Part shown: positions 27,621 through 39,971 of the stretch, one piece after another | Numbering within the stretch: position 1 is the first letter of the stretch | Layout of the letters: each line of letters opens with the position of its first letter | Assembly: GCF_006345805.1 (NCBI RefSeq) | Contig: NC_042998.1 | Coordinates: 54,374,001 to 54,438,000 of the forward strand | Source of the DNA: Octopus sinensis | Lineage: Eukaryota | DNA length: 64,000 nucleotides | Direction: 5' to 3' | Notes under the pieces: generated by a model | Seen by the model: the letters and a program-made list of their open reading frames with translations, nothing else | Database searches by the model: none | What the model was told of the DNA's origin: nothing | Position numbers and translations under genes: made by a program

Positions 27621-27851
27621 TCGAGCTGGCAGAAATGTTAGCACGCCGGGCGAAATGTTTAGCGGTATTTCGTCTGCCACTACATTCTGAGTTCAAATTC
27701 CACAAAGGTCGACTTTGCCTTTCATCCTTTCGAGGTTGATTAAATAAGTACCAGTTACGCACTGGGGTCAATATAATCAACTTAATCCGTTTGTCTGTCC
27801 TTGATTGTTGACTCTGTGTGTAGCCCCTTGTTGGCAATAAATAAATAAGAA
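27621..27851 (+). mobile_element. SINE family C, well preserved
   Basis: gagctggcagaaatgttagcacgccgggcg...gtcgactttgcctttcatcctttcgagg...gtaccagttacgcactgggg, with an aataaataa tail. Confidence 0.85.
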
Positions 27852-28149
27852 TTTCACAACTTACAAGTATAACAAGCACTAAAAGTTGATTACTAAATTC
27901 ATCTACCATTACTTGTATACAACCACTGCCACCCCACCATTATATGATTCCTGTTTGTTTTTAACAGGGTTTATTACATTGTGAACATTCAGACCAGATT
28001 CCAGTTGCCCCCATTGCTCATGCTTTTCCAGCAGACAATGACTAGCAGATTAGCTGGCCATTAGCTGCATCAGTGTCAGTAGTCTGGAAAGGCCTTAACT
28101 CTGTAGCATTCAAATTTCTCTGTCAATGCATATTTATTGAAAACATTTC

Positions 28150-28622
28150 AATCAAATCAAATTAAATCAAATTAAATCAAATCAAACCAAATCAAAATAG
28201 ATGAACATCAATGGAATTTGTATCCTTGTGGTACCAGTGCTGGTGGCACATAAGAAAACCATCCGAACGTGACCGTAGCCAGTACCGCATCGACTGGCCT
28301 CCGTGCTGAGGGCACGTAACAAACACCATCCAAGCGTGGCCGTTCGCCAGCCTCGTCTGGCACCTGTGTCGGTGGCACATAAAAACACCATCCGAGCGTG
28401 GCCGTCTGCCAGCCTTGTCTGGCACCTGTGTTGGTGGCACATAAAATCACCCACTACACTCTCGGAGTGGTTGGCGTTAGGAAGAGCATCCAGCTGTAGA
28501 AACACTGCCAGATCTGACTGGCCTGGTGCAGCCTTCGAGCTTGCCAGACCCCAGTTGAACCGTCCAACCCATGCTAGCATGGAAAGCAGACGTTAAACGA
28601 TGATGATGATGATGATGATGAT
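28150..28622 (+). mobile_element. 5'-truncated 3'-UTR copy of the young RTE at 39971-43141
   Basis: Begins in the (AAATC)n block and is near-identical to 42550-43140, through to the (GAT)n tail. Confidence 0.9.
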
Positions 28623-29829
28623 TTCAAATCAATCATACATTATCTCATAGCTTTGAGATTTCAATGAGGTGATTGTATATTTTAACAACAACATTGAAGG
28701 GTAGGTGTGAGAGGCCAGATTTGACCAGTTTGAACATAAACCAGGTAAAAATATTTGAGCTGGATATGGTTTGTTTAAGTGTTAAACAGTTAATAAATGC
28801 ACTACTAGTTTTATTTTTTATAGTTTTTCACTGAGTTTCTCTCTTTCTATGAAATGGAAACTTTATTCCACAGTCCTTTTTTTCCTCTTTTGCTTTTTGT
28901 ACTTGCTTGGCCAGGAAGAAAAGGTAGTGCCCATGATACATCAACTCCTCATTTATTTCATTCAGAGAGACAATCAAAAGATCATGGTATCGCTTTCCAT
29001 GCTTCATTAACTTCTATATTTGAAAAGCAATAACACTTCAACCGTTTCTCCCTGCTACAGTTAGAACACCACAGCAGTGAGAATGACCAAGCCGTAGAAG
29101 GAAATTATAGCAAGAAATCTTCTGATAGGTTTCAATGTCTAAGGCCCATTTGTCAGATCAATATTTTGAAAAGTGAAAATGCAAACCAAAATACCTGAGA
29201 GTAAACATTTTAGATTCTGTTGCTTGCTTTTCACCTGTTTTTCAAAGAAGGGATCCCTTATTCCACATGTCTTTAAAAGTATAAAACCAGGGGTCAATGC
29301 GTTGGTAGAGAAGTAGCAAAAAACTTCACTACTTGTTACTCAGTAGTTTGCCATATGAAGTGTGTCAGATGTAAACATACACACACAGCAACACATACAT
29401 ACACATGCATATACAGACACATACATACATATAGACCCATACAGTCACACATAGATGTGTGTGTGTGTGTGTTCATGTGAATTAAGTGTTAGCACTTTGT
29501 GGATATAAGCTAATGGAGCAAGAAAGAGCTATGCCATGATCTAGTGACGTTGATGCAGCTAATGCCACATATAAAAGTCTGCTAGTCAATGCCTGCTAGA
29601 AAAGCATGAGCAATGAAAGGTCCGGAATCTTGTCTGAATGTTCACAACACAGGAAACTCTGAAGTAAACAAACAAGAATCAGGGGTGAAGATGATGACAG
29701 CAGTAATAGTGGTAGTGGCGGTATTCAGGTTATGGCAAATGTATAAATGTATTTAGCAATCAACATTTAGCACATGCGTACAAACACACGCATGCATGCC
29801 AGGCGCACGTACACACACACACACATGCA

Positions 29830-29863
<34 letters not shown>

Positions 29864-30025
29864 GAGCTTCTTTCATTTTCAGTCTATTAAATCCACTCAT
29901 AAGGCCTTAGTGAGCTCAAGGCTATAGTAGAAGACACTTGCCCAAGGTGCCAGGCAGTGGGACTGAACACAAAACCATGTGGTTGGGAAGCAAGCCTCTT
30001 GCCACAACCAAGCTTGCACCTATAT

Positions 30026-30059
<34 letters not shown>

Positions 30060-30603
30060 CACACACATGAAGGGTTTCATGCAGTTTCCAGCCACTTAGA
30101 ATACTCATTACTAATAATTAGTTTTATTTAATTATCATGATTATATATCATTTATTTAATTACCATGATTATGTATTAGACTTCTAACACAGCGGGGAAG
30201 ACTGTTGTAATCACATTTCTAATCCATTAGTCCCTGTGCCACTCTACTGCCAGTCTTCATTAATTTCTGTATCACTTCCATCCACAATATATAAATTGCC
30301 TAACTAACGCAAATCAGCCAATTCTTAAGATAGAATAAACCATTGGTTGTCACATTTTCAGAGTCTACTTACAAGAGTCCCTGAGAATACTCATTACTCT
30401 TAATTAGTTTTATTCAATTACCATGTAAAGTGTAGTTAATTAATATAAATACACATCCATGACATTATTACTAGAGGCATCATGTTGGTCATATAATTGC
30501 AAAGAGACAGGGCATAGATTTATCATATGAATATATTTCATGGATCATTTAACATGAAAAAAAAGCAAGGCTGAAATAAAGAATTTATTTTTCAATGGCA
30601 GTG

Positions 30604-30941
30604 AAAAAAAGACCCCCTTTGGTCATGAATGACAATGGAATTGCCTCAAGAAAGTACCCCTCTGCGGCATAATCCAGGGAAAGTTGTTTATAGAAGATCA
30701 GCAGTTGCCCATGTATACCAGCCTTCCATCTTCATACCACTGATGTTGTCCAAGGGAAAGGCAAAGGCCGATATGGCATGGCACCAGTGCCATCGAAACT
30801 GATTTTTACAGGTGAGTGAAGTGGAGCAACATGAATTAAAGTGTCTTGCTCAAGAACACAACACATAGCTTAGTCTGGAGATTGAACTCATTACCTCATG
30901 ATTGTGAGCTGGATGCTCTAACAACTGAACCATGCACCTTC
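30604..30941 (-). mobile_element. tRNA-derived SINE family D, 66 bp downstream of the KATNIP donor
   Basis: Reverse complement of the family D head (gaaggtgcatggttcagttg) and tail (aaagggggtctttttt). Confidence 0.85.
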
Positions 30942-31007
30942 ACATAAAGGCAGTAAGTGTTCATTTTTATAGAAAAGTGTAAATCTTAAGAGAAAATAAC
31001 AACTTAC

Positions 31008-31173
31008 CCCTCTATATGTATCTTCAGGATTTTTGTTATAATTCCAAACTCGAATCCCAGATATTGTAACTGGTTGTGGAAATTCAAAAGAAACTATATG
31101 GGGCTTTTCAGGTGTAAACGGTATAAGCCACATATTTTCATCAGAGTTTGTTACATTAACACCATTTATTAAT
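31008..31173 (-). CDS. KATNIP: Internal coding exon (166 nt) of KATNIP/KIAA0556 homolog, DUF4457 repeat continuation
   Basis: Acceptor ctttcAG (31175-31174) and donor GTAAGT (31007-31002). The first base completes AA+A=Lys from the 47087 exon, giving DK-LINGVNVTNSDENMWLIPFTPEKPHIVSFEFPQPVTISGIRVWNYNKNPEDTYRG. This matches the recalled KIAA0556 LIDGTNIT...MWLIPF...WNYNKSPEDTYRG. It ends in phase 0. Confidence 0.93.
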
Positions 31174-31500
31174 CTGAAAGTAGACATAGCAACTCTTAAT
31201 TGATTTCATTTAGAGATACAATTAATATACTATATTTTCTGGTATACAAGATAATCTTTTCAGACCAAAATTTACAGTCAATGAAAGGTAGGTTGATTTA
31301 TACAATTTGACTTTATATGACCAAAAATTCCATGTGAAATGCAGCAGAATTTATAATGACAATGTTTGAACATTTACACTGCATGTTTACACTATATACT
31401 ACATTAGCTTGTATGCTGAGAAGTACAACAAAGATGATTATGAGTGGACGTGTGATTTCTGATTTCTGCAAGAGATTTTTAAAATTAAAGGACAAATAAT

Positions 31501-31526
31501 GCTGAAACTGAAAGAAGTCCGTCGTG

Positions 31527-31596
<70 letters not shown>

Positions 31597-31805
31597 TTGT
31601 GCATCTGTGTTTGTCCTCCCAACATCGCTTGACAACCGATGGTGGTGTGTTTACATCCCCGTAACTTGGCAGTTCGGCATAAGAGAATGATAGAATAAGT
31701 ACTAGGCTTACAAAGAACAAGTTCTGAGGTCGATTTGCTTGACTAAAGGTGGTGCTCCAGCATGGCCATAGTCAAATGACTGAAACAAGTAAAAGAGTAA
31801 AAGAA
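31501..31805 (+). mobile_element. SINE family A, 3' half
   Basis: gaaactgaaagaagtccgtcgtg...(TG)n...gactgaaacaagtaaaagagtaaaag. Confidence 0.85.
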
Positions 31806-31813
31806 TATATATA

Positions 31814-32311
31814 TTTTATCTTTGACTTGTTTCAGTCATTAGACTGTAGCCATGCTGGGGCACGACCTTGAATTTTTAGTCAAATGAATGAATTGACCCC
31901 TAGTACTTATTGTATTGGTCTCTTTTGTTGAACTGCTAGCTTATGGGGACACAAACACTGGTTGTCAAGCAGTGATGGTGAGACAAGCAGAGACACAAAG
32001 ACACACACACATGCATATATATATATATATATATATATAAAGCACATATATATATATGTGTGTGTATATATATATATAAAGTACATATATATATATATAA
32101 TGTATATATGTAAATAAAACTGAAAGAAGCCTGTTGTATATATATGTGCATATGTAAATACATATACAACAGGCTTCTTTCAGTTTCTGTCTCCAAAATC
32201 TACTCACAAGTCTATAGAAGACACTTGTCCAAGGTGCCATGCCAGTGGGACTGAACTTGGTACCATGTGGTTGGGAAGCAAGCTTCTTACCATACAGCCA
32301 TGCCTGTGCCT
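31814..32311 (-). mobile_element. SINE family A, tail-to-tail with the preceding copy
   Basis: Begins ttttatctttgacttgtttcagtc, about 8 bp after the tail of the plus-strand copy. Confidence 0.85.
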
Positions 32312-33274
32312 ATGTACATCATATACTTTATATATACAGATACATACATACATACATAGATACACACACATTTAAGGTGGTACTCCAGTCAAATGGCTGA
32401 AACAAGTAGAAGAGTAAAAAATGAATATATATATATGTGTATGATGAATCATATATACATACGTATGTATAAATACATGTGTATGTGTGCATGTGGTATG
32501 TGTGTATACAAGATTGTGTGTGTGTATATATATATATATGTGTATGTGTATTTGTATGTATATATGTGGGTGTGTGTGTGTAGTTATGTATGTATGTATG
32601 TGTGTGTGAGAGTATTGGTCAGTATCTAGTGAAGGGACAAATGAAGAGTCATTATTTGAAAACATAGCAAGCAAATTACAATGTCATTATAGTAATGATA
32701 ATATTGAATTCATATTTTAAGTGTACATTCTTTTTTTTTTTTAATACCCAAATGGTCTTAAGGGAAACAACTGAAAATCAAGCAAATACAAACGAATATA
32801 AGTAGATGGCTGATAGATGCATTCAGTGATTTGATGATGGTTGAGGGCAATAACGATATAAAGCAGAACATTAATGGTGTATGGTAGATAAACTTAATGG
32901 AACAATCAGGAAAGAGGAGAAAACTGATACAGATTTATAGTCACAGTGGTTGGAGCTGTCAATATGTTAAAAGGTGCTAAAACTTATTATCGTCCGCCCA
33001 TGCCAAGTCAACCGGAACAATAATTGGATGCAATGAGTTATGACGCTGTAGATAATACATATCATTAAACACACACCAAAATAGTAGTTGCGTGAATAAT
33101 TGGTAGCAGGGAAACAAACATCAAATTACTGCATAGAACATCCACAAATTGTGTAGGTCAAAGTTTATTTTAAAGTAGAACTGAATATGTAGATGCCAGT
33201 AAATATTTTTAAGAAATGTGAAAAGATGAGTACAATATATTTTTCAAGGATTTCTGTCAATCATTTCATTGTAT

Positions 33275-34430
33275 CAGGTCATTAAGAAGGAAATGTCTGA
33301 TTTTGAACTGAAAGTTTATTTTACTTTATTTCAACAAAAAGCAGTGCAGTTTACTGAAGTATGCACCTAAATTATCAACACTATTTTACCATTTTATCGG
33401 TTGTTTATTTATGCTAGCAGTGAAGAACTCTGGAGAACAAAAGTTGATGAAATCACAAAAGGCTGTTTTTGCATCTTTTCAGATTTTAAGTTTTTTTTTC
33501 CTTGTGAAAAGTTGTCTAGTGGCTGGAAAACATGATAGTCAGTTGGTGCAAGGTCTGGCGAATATGGTGAATGACAGAGTACTCACAAGTTCAGTTCCTG
33601 CAACTTGAGCAGCATTCTTTGTGCAACATGTGGTCAAGCACTGTCTTGCAAGAGAATTGGCTTGTCTCTTTTGACCAATTTTGGTTTGTTTCATTGCAAG
33701 TTCACTTATCATTTCATCCAATTGGTTGATGTATACATCCACTGTAATTGACTTACTAGGTCTCATAAAGCTGTAGTGGATGACACCAGCGCTCATCACC
33801 AAACAGACCCCATTAATTTTTTTAGGTGAATATTCTTTTTGGATTGTGTTTTAGCACTTTGTCTCTATCCAACCACCATGCAGAATGTTTGCTATTGTTG
33901 AAAAGAATCCATTTTTGATCACATGTAACAAAACAATGCAAAAATGGTTCGCTTTTATGCCGTGACAGCAAAGAACAGCAAGTTTCAAGATGATGTGTCA
34001 TTTGATGCTTCTTCAGTTCATATGGTACCCACTTGTATAGCTTCTTTACCTTGTCGGTTTGTTTCAGATGGTCCATTACAGTTGGAATCAAAACATCAAA
34101 TTTTGCTGCTAACTCACTCATAGTCTGAGATGTATCCGCTTCCACTACAGCTTCTAACTCATCATTATCCACCTTGGTCTCAGGGCTGATTTTCAAGAGT
34201 AAAGTCACCAAACCGGAACTTCTCAAACAATCAACATACAGTGCACCCATTTGCCACATCTTCACCAAACACCTCATTGATGTTTCGAGCTGTCTGCGAT
34301 GCATTGGTTCCAAGACTGAATTCATATTTATAAACAACATGAATTTTTTCATCTATTCATGGGTTCACAAAAATTGATTTACAATAACAAACTCACAATA
34401 TGATCAAACACTATGAATTGGATTTCAAAA
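33275..34430 (-). mobile_element. Decayed mariner transposon
   Basis: Frameshifted transposase with WVPYEL, VTCDQKW (first catalytic D), AGVIHYSF and CHSPYSPDLAPT (~33590-33555). The ends are uncertain. Confidence 0.9.
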
Positions 34431-34639
34431 AGTGATGATGTAAAACAAAGAATTGTTAAGAGTTAACGACCGTCAAGCTTGGTCCATGAGAAAATTGGAC
34501 ATTTCATTCTTTATGACCCGATGTGTGTGTGTGTTTGTGCGTGTATCTGTGTATGTATGTATGTATATATACATATATACACACACACATATATATATAT
34601 ACATATGTGTATATATATACATATGTGTATGGCCATGTT

Positions 34640-34830
34640 GATTCGCTAGCTTTTTTCTCTCCTTGTTTCTCTCCATGTTTCTTTTCTGTGTATCTTTCTG
34701 TTGAAGAGCGTAGGCTCGAAACGTAAAAGACTTGTTTTATTTATATTCCTGAGCGCCATACTAATACAATTGTTTGTTTGTATTCCACCTGCCTTCATCT
34801 TTTGTTTATTTTCATAAAGCTTCCCATTAT
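34640..34830 (+). mobile_element. Possible Penelope-like terminal repeat fragment
   Basis: ttctgttgaagagcgtaggctcgaaacgtaaaagac resembles the tga-ga...cgaaacg motif typical of Penelope pseudo-LTRs. There is no coding evidence. Confidence 0.4.
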
Positions 34831-35910
34831 ATATATATATATATACACACATATACGTGTGTGTGTGTGTATATGTATATATATATATGTATATGTGTCT
34901 GTGTGGTGTGTGCATTTATGTGTATACATATATGTGTGTACATGTATATTAATATATATATATATATAATGCAGTAAAAGTCAGCTTGAATCTTGCTTGC
35001 TTGCAATGTTACCCAGCCAAACTGGCACATAATCGGAAAAAACTACACTAAGTACCCCCTGAAATGTAAATATGAACAGAATAAAACAAATTTCGCATAA
35101 ATCGGACAAATGGTTGTGGATATATTAGAGGTTTGTGGAGTATAAATATTCAAAATGGTCATACTGGGAAAATATTCCAAAATTAAACTTATCCTTGAAA
35201 AGGAAGAAACTCTTACCATTTGATTAGACACAATGACTTGACAACGAAAACAAACGATTTGTTTCTTACAGTAAATGTTTCTATTTTCACTTTTGTTAAA
35301 CACAGTATTTTAATCATTGAGAAATATTCTTAATGTGAATGTGATTTAAAAAATGTAAGTTGTTTGTACAGTAAGTATTTATTATTTTAGCTTTCTTTAA
35401 ACAGACAATATTTTAATGTTTTTTTAAATTATTTTCAAGTGAATACCATTACAAAAATTTTTCTGGCATATTCAAAAGATATTTTAAAGTGAGAATGACT
35501 TTTAAAATACAATAAATATTTTGTAAAAGACCTGTTCAGAACCTCAATGTAAAATGATTTTTTTCCATAGGTTATTTTTGAGTGCATTCAATGTATCTCA
35601 CTTCCAAAGATTTGACTGCTATTTCTAGCATGCCCTGCTACCACATAAGCCACTTGCCATAAATGATCTGACATACCTGTTACATGGTAGCAGAGCATGC
35701 AAGAAATAGCAGCCAAATCTTTCCTTTTCTGGGGAAAGGAGCTGTTTACACATGATTTTGATGTCACATTTGTTGAGAGCATGCAAAATATCCTGGAAAG
35801 GAAAAGAAAAAAACCAACGAAACAAAACTCTGTTGATGAGAAACTCAGACTTTCCTGGAAACGCAACAGGTCACAGGTGGTTTAATATATATATGTGTGT
35901 GTGTGTGTGT

Positions 35911-36250
35911 GTTTTAAATCTCTGAGTGAGAAGTAAGTAGTAAGAGTACTACAGAGTGAAATCTATTTGCAAATGTAAATTGGCAGTCCTGATTAGGACA
36001 AGGCTACTACCTTTTTTAGCCCCAGGAAAACATCTTTTCCACCTTGCTACCGATGCACAATTGCATCCTTATACTTTGAACAAGGGAGCTAATGTCCCCA
36101 CTCAGCCTTAAACGGTACCTGCAGACCATGGACTCTGGGGTTAAAAAAAGGTAGTAACATTGTCCTAATCAGGACTGCCAAATTACATTGGCAAACTAAT
36201 TTTACTCTGTAGTGCTGTTACTACTTACTTATCGCTCAGAGATTTAAAAC
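35911..36250. mobile_element. MITE with ~115-bp terminal inverted repeats
   Basis: The left arm gttttaaatctctgagtgagaagtaagtag...ccttttttagcccc is the reverse complement, at roughly 88% by eye, of ggggttaaaaaaaggtag...cgctcagagatttaaaac. Confidence 0.85.
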
Positions 36251-36544
36251 TAATTGTTTTCCTCTTTACAAGATCAGTGATTGTGTGTCACTTTAAAAGT
36301 ATATACCTTGAACAAGGCCTAATGCTACCATCTCTAGCCAACGGTTATCTTGTGCTGATGAGGGGAATTAACCCAGAAACCATGGTATGCAGGTACTGTA
36401 TAAAGCTGAGTGGCAACATTAGCTCCCCTGTTCGAGGTATAAGGACACAGTTGTGAGTTGGTAGCCAGCTGGAAAAGATGTTTGCCTAGGGCTAAAAAAG
36501 GTAGTAACATCATCCTAATTAGGACTGCCAATTTACATTGTCAA

Positions 36545-36754
36545 ATGTTCTTTTACTTCTTTAAGTCATTAGATTGTGGCCATGCTAGAGCACTCTTTGA
36601 AAGGTTTTTTTTAGTCAAACAGATTGACCCCAGGACTTATTTGTTAAGCCTGGTACTTATTTTATCATTCTCTTTTACTGAACTGCTAAGTTATATGAAT
36701 GGAAACACACCAGCACTGGCTGTGAAGTAGTGCAGTGTGGGGAGACAAACACAG

Positions 36755-36796
<42 letters not shown>

Positions 36797-36945
36797 GCAT
36801 ATGACAGGCCTCTTTCAGTTTCTGACTACCAAATCCACTCATAAGGCTATGGTTGGCTGCAGGATACAGTAGAGGACACCTGGCCAAGGGTCCTGCAGTG
36901 GGACTGAACCTGGAACCATGTGGTTGGGAAACAAGCTTCTTACCA
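36545..36945 (-). mobile_element. SINE family A copy
   Basis: Family A tail, (CA)n core and gtgggactgaacctggaaccatgtgg head. Confidence 0.75.
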
Positions 36946-37532
36946 CATATCCAACAAATGTGTTTATAACAGGATCATTTCAGATTTGCTCCCAATTTAC
37001 AGCATACTGAGCATAAGCATCTTCTACTTATTGCCTCATGTCACCAACCGATACTTAATGAGAAGAATTCCACAGCTAGAAACTGCACAGAAGCCTATCA
37101 CCAATATGAGTGCATGCATGTGTGGGTGTCTGTGTGTGCATGCATGTGTGTGTGTGTCTGTGAAGGCCTGACTGTGGTATAGTGGTTAAGGCATTGGATT
37201 CGTGCTCATAAACTCATGGTATTTATTCATGGATCAGGTGTCATTTTGTCTAGTTGAGCAAGGCAGTTTATTTCCAGTTGCTACAGCTTTCTCAATTGTA
37301 AATGAGCACCAACCTAATGCTTGTGCAGCCCTCCCTTCCTATCTTCCTTTCCCAAACAGTTTTATTCTAGACATTCTGTGAGGCAAGGGATGGGGACTAA
37401 GAGGGTGGCTCAGTCCACTCGCAACTACATAGACATCTAAAACTATAAGCTTTTAACACCCTATACACAGATTCATGCATGCACACACACACAAACACAC
37501 ACTCACACACACACGCGCACGCACGCACACCA

Positions 37533-37579
<47 letters not shown>

Positions 37580-37669
37580 ATAGTGTTCTGCAATTTGGAA
37601 GTCATCAAATCAGCACTCCACAATACTGCAGAACCAATATTTTATGTAAATATTGGCTACACATTTTGG

Positions 37670-37870
37670 TAGAAGGCCTGCAATTTTGGGGAAGAGATTA
37701 AGCCAATTACATCGACCCTCATGACAAACTGGTACTTATTTTATCGATCCCTAAAGAATACAAGGTAAAGTCGACCTTGGTGAAATTTGAACACAGTACA
37801 TAAAGACAGACAAAATGTTGCACTAAATATTTTGCCTGGCATGCTAACCATTTTACCAGCTTGCTGCCTT
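37670..37870 (-). mobile_element. SINE family C copy
   Basis: ggtacttattttatcgatccc...ggtaaagtcgacctt...gaatttgaac. Confidence 0.75.
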
Positions 37871-38848
37871 ACACAGATTTCAACATTTATAAATACACAC
37901 AATCCACTGTAAAAGAAGAGCTGGAGGTGGCACAGACTTAAAATACAGAAGAAAAAAAAAATGTAATAATATATTTTATTAAAATACTTCTCCCTTTAGT
38001 TCTATAGCAAAACTTTTATTCACACACACACACACACACACACACATACAAACTGGACCTTTTATAAATAAATAAATATTGTTACTCAAAAACACTGGTA
38101 ATTTCTGTCATGGAAAATTCTATCAAATTTCTTCTACATTCAAAGATAAGCTAATCAAAATTTATATTTCATTTGTTACAACTCTCTTTTCCTTCTTCTT
38201 TTGTTTGCAATATTATAGAAATTCTATCCCTCCAACTATCTCAAATTCTATTACTTGGAACCAGAAGCTTACTTTGATTGTGCATGTTTCTGTTCACACA
38301 TGACTGGTCACTGTAGGAAACAACTGCAGTTGTTTCTTTTTCTTTTTATGTATTTTCTGTCCACTCTCTCTCACCTTTCTCAATAATTTTTTTTATTTGA
38401 TGATGATTTATCTATCTATTTATTTTTGGTTTCATTTTTCACCAAATCTATTAATACAGGTATTATTGAATTCTTTCATGAAAACTATTTATACATATTG
38501 TTCTTATGTATTACTTCAAAATCAATTTAGTTTACATCTTTCATCCAGTAAAAGTTTCTGTGTAGGCACGGTGTTATGAACATATACCAGCCTATACATA
38601 GTAACACAATTAAGCTATATACATATTACATATATACATACATATATATACACACACACACACATATATATATATATATCTATATATATATACACATACA
38701 CACACACATATATATATAACATACATGTGTGTCTACGTCTATGTGTGTGTATGTGTATATATATATGTTTGTAAATATATATGTGTGTGTATATATATAT
38801 ATGCATGTATGTATATATGTAATATGTATGTAGCTTAATTGTGTTAAC

Positions 38849-38882
<34 letters not shown>

Positions 38883-39827
38883 ACATACGTGTGTCTACGT
38901 CTATGTGTGTGTGAGAGAGTGTGTGTGTGTGTGTGTGGTTTCCTAGATGTATCTATCAATAGTAACTAGTTTCAATTCTCTAATAAAGGCTGTGGGTACT
39001 GGTATATATGTTAATACATAGCTTTATGGAAATAGCACAGCAGAAAACTGTTTTTCCTGGGATAAGCTAAAAGCATGAACATAAATAAATATATATCTAG
39101 AATATCTAATAAAAATGTCTCTCTCTCCCTCTTTCTCTCCGTATATAAAAATGTATGTATATCAAAACATTTATTTTGGTTTTAAATCCTACTTATGTAA
39201 GATTTTCATGTAGATATACGCTATGCAGAAGAAGCATTGGTTGTCAACAATATGTTGTTACACACTCATTTGAATGAATGAATTTCGTTCAGGACAAAAA
39301 AAATTAAAAAGAAACAAAAAAAGTAAGCAAAAAAATCATAATAAAATAAACAAACAAATGTATCCAGTAAAGGAAAAACAGAATAGTATTTCAAAACTAA
39401 ATATCTAATAAAAGAAGACGTATAACTGAGTAAGTATAAAGAAATACAACAAATAACGTAAAAAGCATAAGAAGAACACTAGAAGCTTCAAACCAAAATA
39501 TCAAATCCAATAATTTAAGGTTTTAGTTAGTGAAGAATAAATCATAACTCAATTTATTGGAAAATTTTCGATAAATACTCCAATTTATGTTTGATGCATA
39601 ATATAATATAACCGAACAGAATATAATATCATATATATGTAGGTATATATGTGCGTGTATGCATGTATGTATATTATATTATATATATATATATATTACA
39701 CCAGCAAACTTTCTACAATTTAAAAATGAAATACACTGACAATTAATAGTAAGCAACCTTTTCACATATACATATCTAATCTATCTATCTATCTAGATAT
39801 CTAGATATACAGGTATATAGACTGATA

Positions 39828-39869
<42 letters not shown>

Positions 39870-39927
39870 CTAACCCATGCCAGCATGAAAGGTGGATATT
39901 AAACAATGATTATGATACCTACATACA

Positions 39928-39970
<43 letters not shown>

Positions 39971-39971
<1 letters not shown>

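Noticed and set aside
29061-29197. Plus-strand 45-codon frame after a pyrimidine-rich acceptor (possible nested gene exon)
   Set aside because: No recognisable homology and no partner exons were identified.
30373-30380. 8-nt minus-strand microexon candidate (ttctcAG|ggactctt|GTAAGT)
   Set aside because: The polypyrimidine tract is poor, the exon is frame-shifting, and such motifs arise by chance in 64 kb. It needs junction reads.
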